Below, one piece after another: positions 8,528 to 18,453 of a DNA stretch of 64,000 bases (position 1 is the stretch's first letter; every line of letters starts with the position of its first letter). Made by a program: the position numbers and the translations under genes. The notes beneath the pieces were generated by a model. It was given only the letters and a program-made list of their open reading frames with translations, was not told the origin of the DNA and made no database searches. This DNA is from Kiritimatiellia bacterium (GTDB lineage: Bacteria; Verrucomicrobiota; Kiritimatiellia; RFP12; UBA1067), in the NCBI GenBank assembly GCA_018384485.1, contig JAHBAE010000036.1, positions 649 through 64,648 of the forward strand. The letters are read 5' to 3'.

Positions 8528-11500
8528 TCTTTCAAATGAACATCTACGCGGAAGAAGCGCGTGGCGGAATTTGTCGGCGCCCAGGTAGGATCTGTCAATT
8601 TCTCCTTGCCGAGAATCTGGTATTCGCGCGGCAGCGGAGCGGCGCGCAAATCGGGACTCCAGGAAAGATAGATTGTGCCGTTCGTTATGGCGATGGCCGT
8701 AACCTTGAAAACATCGGCAGGATCCTTGGGGTCTGTCCCCGCAATATAATCGTGCCAATAAGAAAGCGGCGCGCCGGAACTATCTTTTTTGCCAGAGAGA
8801 GCCTTAAGGGCGGCGCGATAATCAGTAGAGCCAGAAGGCAAAAGAGCGTTTTCTTCAACCCAACTTGTCGGGACTGACGCCGTGCGCGTAACGCCCGTCT
8901 CATCGGTATAAGCAAATCCCTCGGCCTCTGACTGATGCCTATTTGGAATCCAAACGACATCTTTGATGTAAAGGGCGTGAGTTTGTTGCGCGTACTGGCC
9001 AACAGCCTGATTTACTTGCCAAGTGACGCAACCCTTAGAACTGTCAAATTTATCTTTTGTTATCGTGTAAGCAACCTCCTTCCAGTTGCCAAACCCTTCG
9101 GGATGTTCCTTTTTATCAATCTCTTTGCCTATTTTTAGATTTGGATCCCCTATATAAAAAGCTTTTATAACCGTAGGATCGCCGACATAGCACCATTTAA
9201 ACATTATCGTCCCTGATTCGCCTACCAATTTTGATTCAAGTTTACTATACCGACCGACACCTTTCACATTCCCACTCTTAAGGCATTTTACTCCATCCTG
9301 CTCATGGACTGTCCAAGCCTGATCGCCAGCGGAAGTCGTTACAATAAGATTTTTGCAAATGCCGCTTGCGTTAAGCGGATCTTCAGGTTTTTTCCACGTT
9401 GCAATAACTTCTACAGAGCCAGATGCCGCAAGGTTCAAGACTTTTGTCCCTGCCTTCTGAACTGTTCCGTCAGGAAGTTTCCACCCGGCAAATTTCTTTC
9501 CAGGGCACTCAAAACCTTCTGGATTTTTTGCCAAATTAAATGAAATATCATAATAAACGTTCGTTGAGAAATCTTCTCCGTAATACGCCTCTCCTCGGCG
9601 ATAGACGACAGTATAAATATTATTCGTCCATCCAGCGTAGACTGTAGTATTACTCGTTATATTTACACTGTCGCCTGCACGCAACTCATCTCCCGTCTCA
9701 TTCCTTCCAAAATACCACCCGCAAAAACCATAGCCTGTTCGAGACGCAGTAGGAAGAACGGGATAGGTGCCGCCAAAGGAAACTGAAATTGATTCATTCC
9801 CTTCAAGCGTGCCTCCATCAGGATCAAATGTAAGAGTATATGACGCCTCTTCCCAAAGGGCATATAGTGTAGTATTCTCAGTTATTGTAACTTTGTTACC
9901 TTCTTCAACTTTTGCCCCATCGACTTTAGATGTATACCAACCGAGGAAGTTATATCCTTCGCGCGTTACTGTATGAAGAGAAGGATAAACATCGTCGTAT
10001 GTAACAGATATTTTTTCAGTACTTGAGCATGTGCCGCCATTTGCATCAAATGTAATATAATATGTATTAGCACTCCATCGCGCATAAAGCTCTATATCCC
10101 CAATCGGGGTATAGACATCTTCCGCCGTACCAACTCTTGTTCCGGCACTTGTCGCTGTATACCAACCATTAAATGTATAACCCGTTCGTGTTGGTTCTGG
10201 AAGCGTTACTGTATCAGGATTCCACTTTGCATAAAGCGTAACTGTACCCTCTGTCGAACGAAGATTATTTACCTGTACACCATCGCTATAAGAATCACCC
10301 GCTCCATCTAATTTTGTATTCCAACCCGCAAATTGATATATGCTTTCTTCTGAAGCAGGAGATACGGACCCGCCATTTGCATTGTACGTAACTAAATATT
10401 TACGAGAAAACCCATTACTTGTTAATGCATATGTCTCTCCATATTTAGCTGCGATTGACGAAGTGGTCCCGCTCGTCGCCCCGTTCCCGTTAAAGGCGAT
10501 TGTGTAGCTTATCGCACTCCACTGTGCATAAAGGGTTGTATTTTTCGTAATTGTAACTGTTGCACCAGTTTCTATTTTTTCTCCGCCCGATTTGGCCGTA
10601 TACCAACCAGCGAATGTGTACCCTGTGCGCGTTGGTGTCGGCAAATCGCCATACGTCGCGCCATAAGTGACGTTCGTTGACAATGTTGGTGTCTCTCCGC
10701 CGTTAGCATTGAATGTCACAGTATAATCATTTGTCGACCACTGAGAATAAACGGTCCTTGACTCAGCGGCAACAGGATCATCCTTTGTCAGTTTAATCCC
10801 ATTTCCTGCCGCGCTTAGATTCCACTCCACAAACGCATAACCCTCTCGTTGCGGGATTGGAAGCGTGCCGTATTTACCAGTCTCAGAAAAAGCATAGGAC
10901 AATCCCGACTGCGAATTGAAATCGGCCGCAATCGACGATTCACAAATACGCACATCCTTAAACTTCAAATATTCTTCCTTCGCAAGATCCGCCTGGAAAA
11001 ACACAACCATGTTCTTCGCATGCGAAGGAGTCGTGAGCGATCCAATTCCATTTTGTATATTTACCGACTCACTCCATGCGCCTTCAGGACTTATATAATT
11101 TCCTTCGGCATCAAACAAGAAAACCCAAATCGCACACGGAGGAATGACAGTTAAATTCGATTCAGTTTTAGCATAAATATTATATGTGGCTCCACCTTTT
11201 ATTGTAAGGGCGTAGCGTCCTGGATAATTTCCAAGTCCCTGTTCTGACCTTGCAGTATAACAAGTCATTCGCGTATCCGACAATCCTATTATCTTAAGAG
11301 AATTGTCTTGGAGATTGATATCTACAGAGCAAATCTTTTCATCAGCAGGATAACTGGAAACAGAGCTTTTGGAAAATTCGACCAGATGAAAAATATTATC
11401 AAACCCAAGCCCATACCAAATTGCTGTCCAATGCGCGTGAAGCGTCTGCGCTGATGTAATCGAAACAGTCGATGATGCCTCAATCTTCGTGCCGCCGCTC

Positions 11501-12906
11501 GCCGATGTATACCAACCATCAAATGTGTACCCCGTACGCATCGGTATCGGCAAGTCTCCATATGTTGAGGCATAGGTGACTTCCTTTGATGTTGGCGAGA
11601 CCGATCCATCGTTCGCATTGAATGTTACAGTATATGTCTTAGCCGTCCATCGAGCATAGAGCGTCTGCTCCGATGTAATCGAAACAGTCGATGATGCCTC
11701 AAACTTAGTGCCGCCGCTCTTCGCCGTATACCAACCTGCGAAAGTATACCCTGTGCGTGTGGGCTCAGGCAACTCGCCATACGTCGAGGCATAAGTAACG
11801 CTCTTGGGTGATGTCGTGACCGTGCCTCCATTCGCATTGAATGTTACAGTATATGACTTAGCCGTCCATCGAGCATAGAGCGTCTGCTCCGATGTAATCG
11901 AAACAGTCGATGATGCCTCAATCTTAGTGCCGCCGCTCTTCGCCGTATACCAGCCTGCGAAAGTATAACCGGTGCGTGTGGGCTTAGGCAAATCGCCATA
12001 CGTCGCGTCATAAGTAACACTCTTTGACTCCGTTGGTGTCTCTCCGCCGTTCGCATTGAATGTTACAGTATATGTATTAGCCGTCCATCGAGCGTAGAGC
12101 GTGTGCGCCGATGCAATCGAAACAGTCGATGATGCCTCAACCTTCGTGCCGCCGTTCTCCGCCGTATACCAACCTGCGAAAGTATACCCGGTGCGTGTGG
12201 GCGGCGGCAAATTGCCATACGTCGAAGCATATGTAACTTCCTTTGATGACGTAGATGTCGCACCTCCATTAGCATTAAATGTCACCGTATAAGTTTTCGC
12301 GATCCATTGCGCGTAGAGCGTCTGGGCTGATGTGATTGAAACAGTCGTCGATGCCTCAATCTTCGTACCGCCGCTCTCCGCCGTATACCACCCAATGAAT
12401 GCGTACCCTGAGCGTTCGGGCGTCGGCAACTCGCCGTATGTAGAATCATAGGTGACAGTCTTTGATATCGTCTTTGTCGTACCACCTTTCGCATCAAAAT
12501 TGACTGTTATTTCTTTAGCCGCAAATGTTGCAGTGCATTGTACAGAAATAATACTTCCATAGGAACTATTGAAATCATCGTATTTTATTTGATAATCAGC
12601 CGTAGTAGGACTAAGAGAATACTTATTTCCTGCTTTAGTCGCTACAGAAATCGTCCACTTTTGAAACTGATACCCGTTGTTTGGAACAGCTTTGATGGTG
12701 GCACTCTGCCCAGATGAAAGATGAGTAGAAACCTGTGTTCCTCCAGGAGAGGTAGAAGTCAAACTGACAGTTCCGTTGACAGACCCAATCTGATTCACCT
12801 GAACGGGAACTGGAAATTCAGCAAAAAGTTGCAGTTGAAAAACTGCCGCTATTACCGCAATAAAGCCGCTTCGCAAGAAGCGGCTATATTTACCTGCCAT
12901 AAGCAC
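8524..12906 (-). CDS. Large secreted/surface protein with multiple Listeria-Bacteroides (Flg_new, PF09479-like) repeats
   Basis: 1460 aa. N-terminal signal-like hydrophobic segment. More than 10 copies of a ~73-aa unit (YTVTFNANGG...TRTGYTFAGWYT...TLYARWTA). The gene starts 25 bp downstream of the secretin gene on the same strand. Confidence 0.8.
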   Translation of the reverse strand: MLMAGKYSRFLRSGFIAVIAAVFQLQLFAEFPVPVQVNQIGSVNGTVSLTSTSPGGTQVSTHLSSGQSATIKAVPNNGYQFQKWTISVATKAGNKYSLSPTTADYQIKYDDFNSSYGSIISVQCTATFAAKEITVNFDAKGGTTKTISKTVTYDSTYGELPTPERSGYAFIGWYTAESGGTKIEASTTVSITSAQTLYAQWIAKTYTVTFNANGGATSTSSKEVTYASTYGNLPPPTRTGYTFAGWYTAENGGTKVEASSTVSIASAHTLYARWTANTYTVTFNANGGETPTESKSVTYDATYGDLPKPTRTGYTFAGWYTAKSGGTKIEASSTVSITSEQTLYARWTAKSYTVTFNANGGTVTTSPKSVTYASTYGELPEPTRTGYTFAGWYTAKSGGTKFEASSTVSITSEQTLYARWTAKTYTVTFNANDGSVSPTSKEVTYASTYGDLPIPMRTGYTFDGWYTSASGGTKIEASSTVSITSAQTLHAHWTAIWYGLGFDNIFHLVEFSKSSVSSYPADEKICSVDINLQDNSLKIIGLSDTRMTCYTARSEQGLGNYPGRYALTIKGGATYNIYAKTESNLTVIPPCAIWVFLFDAEGNYISPEGAWSESVNIQNGIGSLTTPSHAKNMVVFFQADLAKEEYLKFKDVRICESSIAADFNSQSGLSYAFSETGKYGTLPIPQREGYAFVEWNLSAAGNGIKLTKDDPVAAESRTVYSQWSTNDYTVTFNANGGETPTLSTNVTYGATYGDLPTPTRTGYTFAGWYTAKSGGEKIETGATVTITKNTTLYAQWSAISYTIAFNGNGATSGTTSSIAAKYGETYALTSNGFSRKYLVTYNANGGSVSPASEESIYQFAGWNTKLDGAGDSYSDGVQVNNLRSTEGTVTLYAKWNPDTVTLPEPTRTGYTFNGWYTATSAGTRVGTAEDVYTPIGDIELYARWSANTYYITFDANGGTCSSTEKISVTYDDVYPSLHTVTREGYNFLGWYTSKVDGAKVEEGNKVTITENTTLYALWEEASYTLTFDPDGGTLEGNESISVSFGGTYPVLPTASRTGYGFCGWYFGRNETGDELRAGDSVNITSNTTVYAGWTNNIYTVVYRRGEAYYGEDFSTNVYYDISFNLAKNPEGFECPGKKFAGWKLPDGTVQKAGTKVLNLAASGSVEVIATWKKPEDPLNASGICKNLIVTTSAGDQAWTVHEQDGVKCLKSGNVKGVGRYSKLESKLVGESGTIMFKWCYVGDPTVIKAFYIGDPNLKIGKEIDKKEHPEGFGNWKEVAYTITKDKFDSSKGCVTWQVNQAVGQYAQQTHALYIKDVVWIPNRHQSEAEGFAYTDETGVTRTASVPTSWVEENALLPSGSTDYRAALKALSGKKDSSGAPLSYWHDYIAGTDPKDPADVFKVTAIAITNGTIYLSWSPDLRAAPLPREYQILGKEKLTDPTWAPTNSATRFFRVDVHLKE
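11400..12500 (-). repeat. Five or more tandem 219-bp direct repeats (high nucleotide identity) inside the Flg_new repeat protein gene
   Basis: Out-of-frame ORFs at 11625-11837, 11844-12056, 12063-12275 and 12282-12497 (period 219 bp) encode near-identical peptides. In-frame units each encode one 73-aa Flg_new repeat. Confidence 0.8.
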
Positions 12907-12931
12907 CCCTATCTATGCACTCTACAGAGAA

Positions 12932-15900
12932 TCACTTCCCTGATGGAGCAGCTTTTACTTGTTGATCATTCGATGACTGGTCATTGAGCTTAAGCTCACG
13001 ACCAGAAGGCGTGATAAGACGACCTGTCACAAACACGAGCAAATTGCGCTTGATTGTCTGCTCTGCATGCGACCGGAAAAGACGCCCGATAAAGGGAAGG
13101 TCTCCCAAGAACGGAACTTTGTCATCCATTGCCTTGCGCTGCTCTGTGATAAGGCCACCCATCACAACGGTAGAGCCAGGAGTAATCGAAACTCTCGATT
13201 CGATGGAACGAACATGGAAGAACGGCTGTTCCATAGGAGCGTCATAATACGTGATGTTGTCGCCCGAATTCGCAAGCTGTTGAAGCGCAGTATCGGCAGA
13301 TGTCATCGCCGACTCGGCAAGAGCGGCCTTCGTCGCCGTAGGAATGGCCTGACCAAGAGTATTAAAGATTGCGCTCAAGCCATCGAAAATACCGCCAAGA
13401 CCTTCAAAGTTCTGCAAAGAACTATTGCCTGTAAACGGAATCTTCATACCGTAGTTCCTCCACGAGGGCTCATCAACGACCTGCGGCTTAAGCTCAAGAT
13501 CAATTGAGCCGCCGTTAGCCTCGGAGTATGTAGGCGTAACATCAAGAATAACGCCGACTTCGCGCATCGTGAAGTTCTGGGGCTCGACGACCGCGAGAAT
13601 CGCCGACTGCGACCCGCTGCCACCGTAACTTGAACCGGAAGAAGAAGAACTCGACTGAAGCTGAACATCGTAGTCTTGCGGGTAGATGAATTCCGTAACA
13701 ACCTTGATGACGGCTTGCTGGCCAGACTGCGTTACAACCTTCGGAGCGGACAGAAGGTCAGTATCGCTACGCTGCGAGAGCATATGGAGAATCATTGAAA
13801 GATCGGCGTCTCCAAGGAACGCGTTAAGACGCATAAACTGATCGTTCGTCTTCATGCCTTCGCCAGAGATATGATTGCCCTCCGTTGAAAGGTAGCGGCT
13901 ACCGTTGCCGTAATCTGAAGTGCCGCCGAACGCATTGACACCAATCTGCTTCTTACCTGAGCCGCCGGGCACCTTCTGCCAAACAGGTGTTTTCGTGCCA
14001 GGTGTAACAGTAGTTGTTATCGTGTTAATCGTACCGTCCGCATTATAGGTGAAGCTGTTCTGAGTAGTTTCTCCCGAAGTTGTCGTTACATAATCTGCGC
14101 TCTTGAGCCCGAGAGCCTTGCCGACATGACGCCCGAGACCAAACGTGTAATTGTCGTTAAGGATCCACTCAAAGCCGAGGGAGTTCAAGTCTTCCTGAGA
14201 GACTTCAACGAAGCGCGTTTCGATTTCAATAAGCTGCGGCTGACCGCCGAGCTCGTCGAGCACCTTTTCGAATTCGGCAAGATTCTCACGCGTATTGCGG
14301 ACATAAAGCTTGCCGAGCGACTTGATATGCTTGATTGAAGAGCCTTCAGGCCACTTAACACCCATCTCAGAGAAGAAGGCCTTCCAATCCTGATCGGGAG
14401 CAGCTTCCTCATTCTCTTTCCCGTTGTTATTGTTTGCGTTGGCTCCGAAACCACCCATCGTCTTGATTTCTTCCGAAGCGGAAGATACGCGCTCTATAAA
14501 GGATTCCGGAACATTGTACTTGCGAGCAAGAATTTCAGCCGTGGACGAATCCTTATGCATTACCATAACGACAGAGCCGCGGATGATAAACTTATAATCA
14601 ACAGAATCGCAAACGAGCTTCAACGCTTCGTAGAAAGAAATATTGTTCGCCGCGATTGTCGGAATCGGAGCTAAACCATGCGCAGCCTTCTCGGTATTCT
14701 CTTCCGCGCCAGTATCGGTAAAGTCGTTCGCGCTCTCCAGAGTATTTTCCTCTGCCGCCTTAAGCTGGGTAGGCGGGCGCAGGAAGAAGTTGAAACCGCG
14801 CTCCTCAACAGGAAGTGCCGGATTGTCGTAATCCTTTGAAGCCTGATGGAAGAACTGAACCGCATCCATAATCGTCGCGGGAGGATTGAACTTAATCTCA
14901 GGAAGGCGGATGGCTTTCATCCTTTCGATAATTGCCTGCTCGCTCGTACGTTCAGGATCATCACCCGCGCTGAATTTAACAGTCTCGGAAGAGCCTTCTT
15001 CAAGGGAACCTGCATTAACCGCATACACAGGCCTCCACGCCTCATCAACATCGGCGATAAGACCATCACGCGCAGCGACACGCTCCTTCTGGAGAATGCT
15101 CTTGCGGCGAGCAATAATGTTCTTGCGCATGCGTATAGCTTCAGTATTGTACTTATCTCCTACAAGAACGGTCTCCGCCTCTTCAAGCGCCTTATCAAGC
15201 TCGCCTGCCGCAAAATACTGGGCGCTGCGCTTCAAATGCTTGCGGATGCTTTCGCGACGCTTCTTATAGTCTTCGTCATCAACGCGATGCTTGCCTGCTT
15301 CGGAATCTTCCTGCGCACTGGCGGCATAAGAAGGATTTTGCAACTCGCTCTCCCAACGCTCTTTTATGCGATTCGCCTTCGGATGGCCGCGTTCAATAGC
15401 TCCGTTGATATGCTCAATAGCATGATCTTTCTGACCGAGCTTCCACTCTTTAACAGCCTGCCGGAGAAGCGCTTCAGCGCCGCCCTGCTTGCACTCAAGC
15501 TTGTGCATTCTATCGCGCTCGTGAGAGGTGAGCAGATTCTCAGCAGCGTTATAATGGCGAAGCGCCTCAAGAAACGCCCCTTCGCGCATACTTTTGCGCG
15601 CCTCAATCATATCCTGCTCCGCCTGCTTGGCACGGGCCATGCCGCGGTTCACCTCTGTGGCGACAACATTGGCAAGAAGCTCAGCATCGGGATGCGGAGG
15701 CTCGGCAGCCTTCACCTTTACATTCGCGGAAGCGGCAAGGTCTCCAAGCATCGGCGCATTGGATTTGCTGGAAGGATCTGCCTTAGCTTCAGCCTTCTCA
15801 GCAGGGACAGGCTCTTCGCCGGCAGGAGATGGCTCTTCTGTATGAGCGGCAACTTCCTCGGCCTTCGGCGTATCTGCCTCCTTAGCTTCTTCGGCAGGAG

Positions 15901-16231
15901 CCGGTGCCTCATCCGCCTCTGCAACTTCCTTAGCTTCCTTGCCTTCTTCGGCAGGAACTGCCGCGGCCTTCTCATCGGAAGTTTCCTCAGCCTTTGGTTG
16001 CTCAGCTTCTTTTTCTTCCGCCGCAGGAGCTACCTCTTTGGAAGTATCTGCCTCTGCTGCGGGAGCCTTAGCCTCTTGAGGAGAAGCTTTCTTCTCAACA
16101 GTTGTTGCTTCCTTTGCAGGGTCAAGTTCATTCAGCAACGCATCAAGATCGTCTTGTGCAGGCACAAACGGTACATACGAAGCAAGAGCTATTACAGCCC
16201 CCCAAACGATAGTTTTGGTTTTGTTCGTCAT
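12932..16231 (-). CDS. Secretin (PilQ/GspD family) with a long acidic Ala/Glu/Lys/Pro-rich N-terminal region
   Basis: 1099 aa. Signal peptide. Secretin domain (LIEIETRFVEV...) and C-terminal motif VPFLGDLPFIGRLFR...NLLVFVTGRLI, typical of type II/III secretion and T4P secretins. Confidence 0.85.
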   Translation of the reverse strand: MTNKTKTIVWGAVIALASYVPFVPAQDDLDALLNELDPAKEATTVEKKASPQEAKAPAAEADTSKEVAPAAEEKEAEQPKAEETSDEKAAAVPAEEGKEAKEVAEADEAPAPAEEAKEADTPKAEEVAAHTEEPSPAGEEPVPAEKAEAKADPSSKSNAPMLGDLAASANVKVKAAEPPHPDAELLANVVATEVNRGMARAKQAEQDMIEARKSMREGAFLEALRHYNAAENLLTSHERDRMHKLECKQGGAEALLRQAVKEWKLGQKDHAIEHINGAIERGHPKANRIKERWESELQNPSYAASAQEDSEAGKHRVDDEDYKKRRESIRKHLKRSAQYFAAGELDKALEEAETVLVGDKYNTEAIRMRKNIIARRKSILQKERVAARDGLIADVDEAWRPVYAVNAGSLEEGSSETVKFSAGDDPERTSEQAIIERMKAIRLPEIKFNPPATIMDAVQFFHQASKDYDNPALPVEERGFNFFLRPPTQLKAAEENTLESANDFTDTGAEENTEKAAHGLAPIPTIAANNISFYEALKLVCDSVDYKFIIRGSVVMVMHKDSSTAEILARKYNVPESFIERVSSASEEIKTMGGFGANANNNNGKENEEAAPDQDWKAFFSEMGVKWPEGSSIKHIKSLGKLYVRNTRENLAEFEKVLDELGGQPQLIEIETRFVEVSQEDLNSLGFEWILNDNYTFGLGRHVGKALGLKSADYVTTTSGETTQNSFTYNADGTINTITTTVTPGTKTPVWQKVPGGSGKKQIGVNAFGGTSDYGNGSRYLSTEGNHISGEGMKTNDQFMRLNAFLGDADLSMILHMLSQRSDTDLLSAPKVVTQSGQQAVIKVVTEFIYPQDYDVQLQSSSSSSGSSYGGSGSQSAILAVVEPQNFTMREVGVILDVTPTYSEANGGSIDLELKPQVVDEPSWRNYGMKIPFTGNSSLQNFEGLGGIFDGLSAIFNTLGQAIPTATKAALAESAMTSADTALQQLANSGDNITYYDAPMEQPFFHVRSIESRVSITPGSTVVMGGLITEQRKAMDDKVPFLGDLPFIGRLFRSHAEQTIKRNLLVFVTGRLITPSGRELKLNDQSSNDQQVKAAPSGK

Positions 16232-16285
16232 TTCGGCAACCTATTCCTTAACTTAATTAGTGAAATTATATAATATTTTGATGAA

Positions 16286-17386
16286 TCATTCAAGTGTGCT
16301 AAGTGTCTTTTTCACTCCGCTTGAAGCGTTTTCAAAAGTAACCTTAGCACCCTTGCCTTCCGGCTTGATCGAAAGAACCTTATATTTGCTTCCGTTCAAA
16401 TCTATCGTATCGCCGACAATCACTTTGCGCGTTACGGAATTGCCGCGCTCATAAGTGACTGTCGCCTGCACATCCACGGGCGCAAACTTATACGTTTTGC
16501 CGTGCTGGACCACAAGAGTGACGCGCTTGCCGTCGGAAATGCGCTCAACAACCGCCTCCGACACATCAACAGGCTTCGTAAGATTACCGGTGCCGCTGAT
16601 GACCTGCTTAATCATCTTTGGCGTATAACCGACTGCCTTATAACCGTACTTGTCGATTTCCTCGCCAATCTTCGCTGTCACAGTCTTTCCTACAAGCCCG
16701 TAATCGTTCTTCTTCTTCGGATCAAAGAACTCAAGTCTCCAGCCCGAAGGAATCTTATTCGCTTTCTTGAAAACGAATGGGAGATATGTCTCATCGAGAG
16801 GGGCAATCACCTTGAGCGAATCAAGATAATCGGGATGCGAATTCTTGTCCGTTGGGTCTGTCTTGGCGTAAAATTCCTCAATGTTGGTAAACCCGTCTCC
16901 ATCGAGATCTTCCGCCGCGTCGTCCTTGTTTGACGGGTCGAGGCCGTACTTCTTTTCCCATTCATCGGGCAACCCGTCCCCATCGGCATCGTAGACCACC
17001 TCCTTCTGAGATACCTGCGACGCATTGCAGAACTGGCATGTCTCCGAGCCGAACACAATAGCCCTCTCACATTCTGCGTTAACGCACTTAACCCTGCGCT
17101 CGCTTGAAAGGAAACTCTCTTTGCCTTCTTCAGGAACTTCAACTGTCATAGGCTTACGCGCCGCACGCGTCGCCGCAGAGAAAACGAGAAGATCCGCCTC
17201 CTTGACGCCAGATTCAGATGAAGTGCGCCTGCTTGCCTCGGCTTTCGCCTCAGCGGCAGCCTCTTCGGGATCCATGCCGTTCGTTCCGCAAAGAAAGACG
17301 ACGCCACCTACAAGCCAAACCGCGGAAAATGCCGCGAGGAGCCAGTCCCAATGGGCTTGAACAAAATTTTTCTTACTGGAAATCAT
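16286..17386 (-). CDS. Pilus-cluster protein: N-terminal TM segment, CxxC..CxxC zinc-ribbon, TSP3-like calcium-binding repeats (DADGDGLPDEWE, DLDGDGFTNIEEF), C-terminal beta-rich domain
   Basis: 366 aa. Sits between the PilO-like and secretin genes, overlapping the upstream gene by 4 bp. No confident family assignment. Confidence 0.45.
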   Translation of the reverse strand: MISSKKNFVQAHWDWLLAAFSAVWLVGGVVFLCGTNGMDPEEAAAEAKAEASRRTSSESGVKEADLLVFSAATRAARKPMTVEVPEEGKESFLSSERRVKCVNAECERAIVFGSETCQFCNASQVSQKEVVYDADGDGLPDEWEKKYGLDPSNKDDAAEDLDGDGFTNIEEFYAKTDPTDKNSHPDYLDSLKVIAPLDETYLPFVFKKANKIPSGWRLEFFDPKKKNDYGLVGKTVTAKIGEEIDKYGYKAVGYTPKMIKQVISGTGNLTKPVDVSEAVVERISDGKRVTLVVQHGKTYKFAPVDVQATVTYERGNSVTRKVIVGDTIDLNGSKYKVLSIKPEGKGAKVTFENASSGVKKTLSTLE

Positions 17387-18453
17387 TTTCTCTCCTCCTG
17401 TGCGCCTTCTTGCTGATTAGCGCTGAGCGAACCAAAATCACTGATTGTCACAGCGATGGAAACTGTAAGCGGCGCTTCATATGCAGGGTCAGAAACGACG
17501 CCCATTTTGAGAGCCTGCTCACGCGGCGAAAGGGAACTTGGCTTTTCCTCCTCTTCCTTGTTGGAGCGGCGGCGGGATGAGCGGCGCGATGACCTCTTGG
17601 ACGCCGCCCCCGCTTCATCCTTCTTCGTAAAAGTAATCGCATCAAGGAGGTAGTCAGATGACTTGAGGAACGAGAAGGAATCAACAGTCACAAATCTCTC
17701 ACACACATTCAACTCATCAAGGACGCGAACGAACGCTTGCGGCTTTGCGAGGAAAGTAACGGCATAACGCTCGACTGAAACCTCCGTCTCTGCTGACTCA
17801 TCCGCCTGCTGCTTTTTCGTTGCCGCCCTCGGCCTCTTTGCAGAGCGCTTTTTCGTCATCTGAGAAGCATTTGCGGTTTCAGATGCCGGCTTTGCGGCCG
17901 CCTTGCTTTCAATGCCTGTAATCTCAAGAACACCGGCCTTCGCAAGAATCTCAATGAGGAAGGTAATATCATCCCACTGCCTCTGGAGAACACCCAATTT
18001 CGACTCCGGAGGAAGCTTGCCGTCAAGGATGAATTCACGGAACGGCCCGAACGGGAAATCAGGCTTCATAAGAGAACCGTTTACAGAACCAGGCAGCGAT
18101 ACGAGCCTCTTTGATTCCTCAAAAATGAACTCCTTGAACGCAGCCGAGGTAGTCTTCGTGAAATTCCTGTCTCCGCGAGAGGCTATCGTCAATGCGTCGG
18201 CGCGCCATTCGTTGAACTTATCGCGCTTTGCCTCATACTCCTTAACGCTCTTCTCGCAAGGATAGACGGGCTTGCGGGAAAGGCTCGTGGCCTTCTGCAT
18301 AACGGTGCCGAGACCGTCAATGCCTTCTTCCATGTCTCCTTCAAGCGCAGCCGTCTTGGCATTGAAGGCCTTCAGGAGAAAGAAACCGGCGGCGAGAGAG
18401 GCGATAAGCGTCATTCCGCCCGTTGCCGCAAGTGCTATTTTTGATTTGTTCAT
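17383..18453 (-). CDS. PilO-like / Amuc_1100-family-like pilus-associated membrane protein
   Basis: 356 aa. N-terminal TM helix, coiled-coil segment, Lys/Arg/Ser-rich low-complexity linker. Sits immediately downstream of pilMN (4-bp overlap). Confidence 0.4.
   Translation of the reverse strand: MNKSKIALAATGGMTLIASLAAGFFLLKAFNAKTAALEGDMEEGIDGLGTVMQKATSLSRKPVYPCEKSVKEYEAKRDKFNEWRADALTIASRGDRNFTKTTSAAFKEFIFEESKRLVSLPGSVNGSLMKPDFPFGPFREFILDGKLPPESKLGVLQRQWDDITFLIEILAKAGVLEITGIESKAAAKPASETANASQMTKKRSAKRPRAATKKQQADESAETEVSVERYAVTFLAKPQAFVRVLDELNVCERFVTVDSFSFLKSSDYLLDAITFTKKDEAGAASKRSSRRSSRRRSNKEEEEKPSSLSPREQALKMGVVSDPAYEAPLTVSIAVTISDFGSLSANQQEGAQEERK

Noticed and set aside
8528-8758. Upstream extension of the coaE ORF to the Met at 8758
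   Set aside because: It would overlap 230 bp of the 1460-aa gene's 3' end. The conserved CoaE N-terminus begins at MKKFALTGG (8527), giving the usual 4-bp stop/start overlap.
11322-12497. Five near-identical ~70-aa ORFs in an alternative frame of the minus strand
   Set aside because: They are the out-of-frame shadow of the 219-bp tandem repeats within the Flg_new protein gene. They are reported as a DNA repeat, not as genes.
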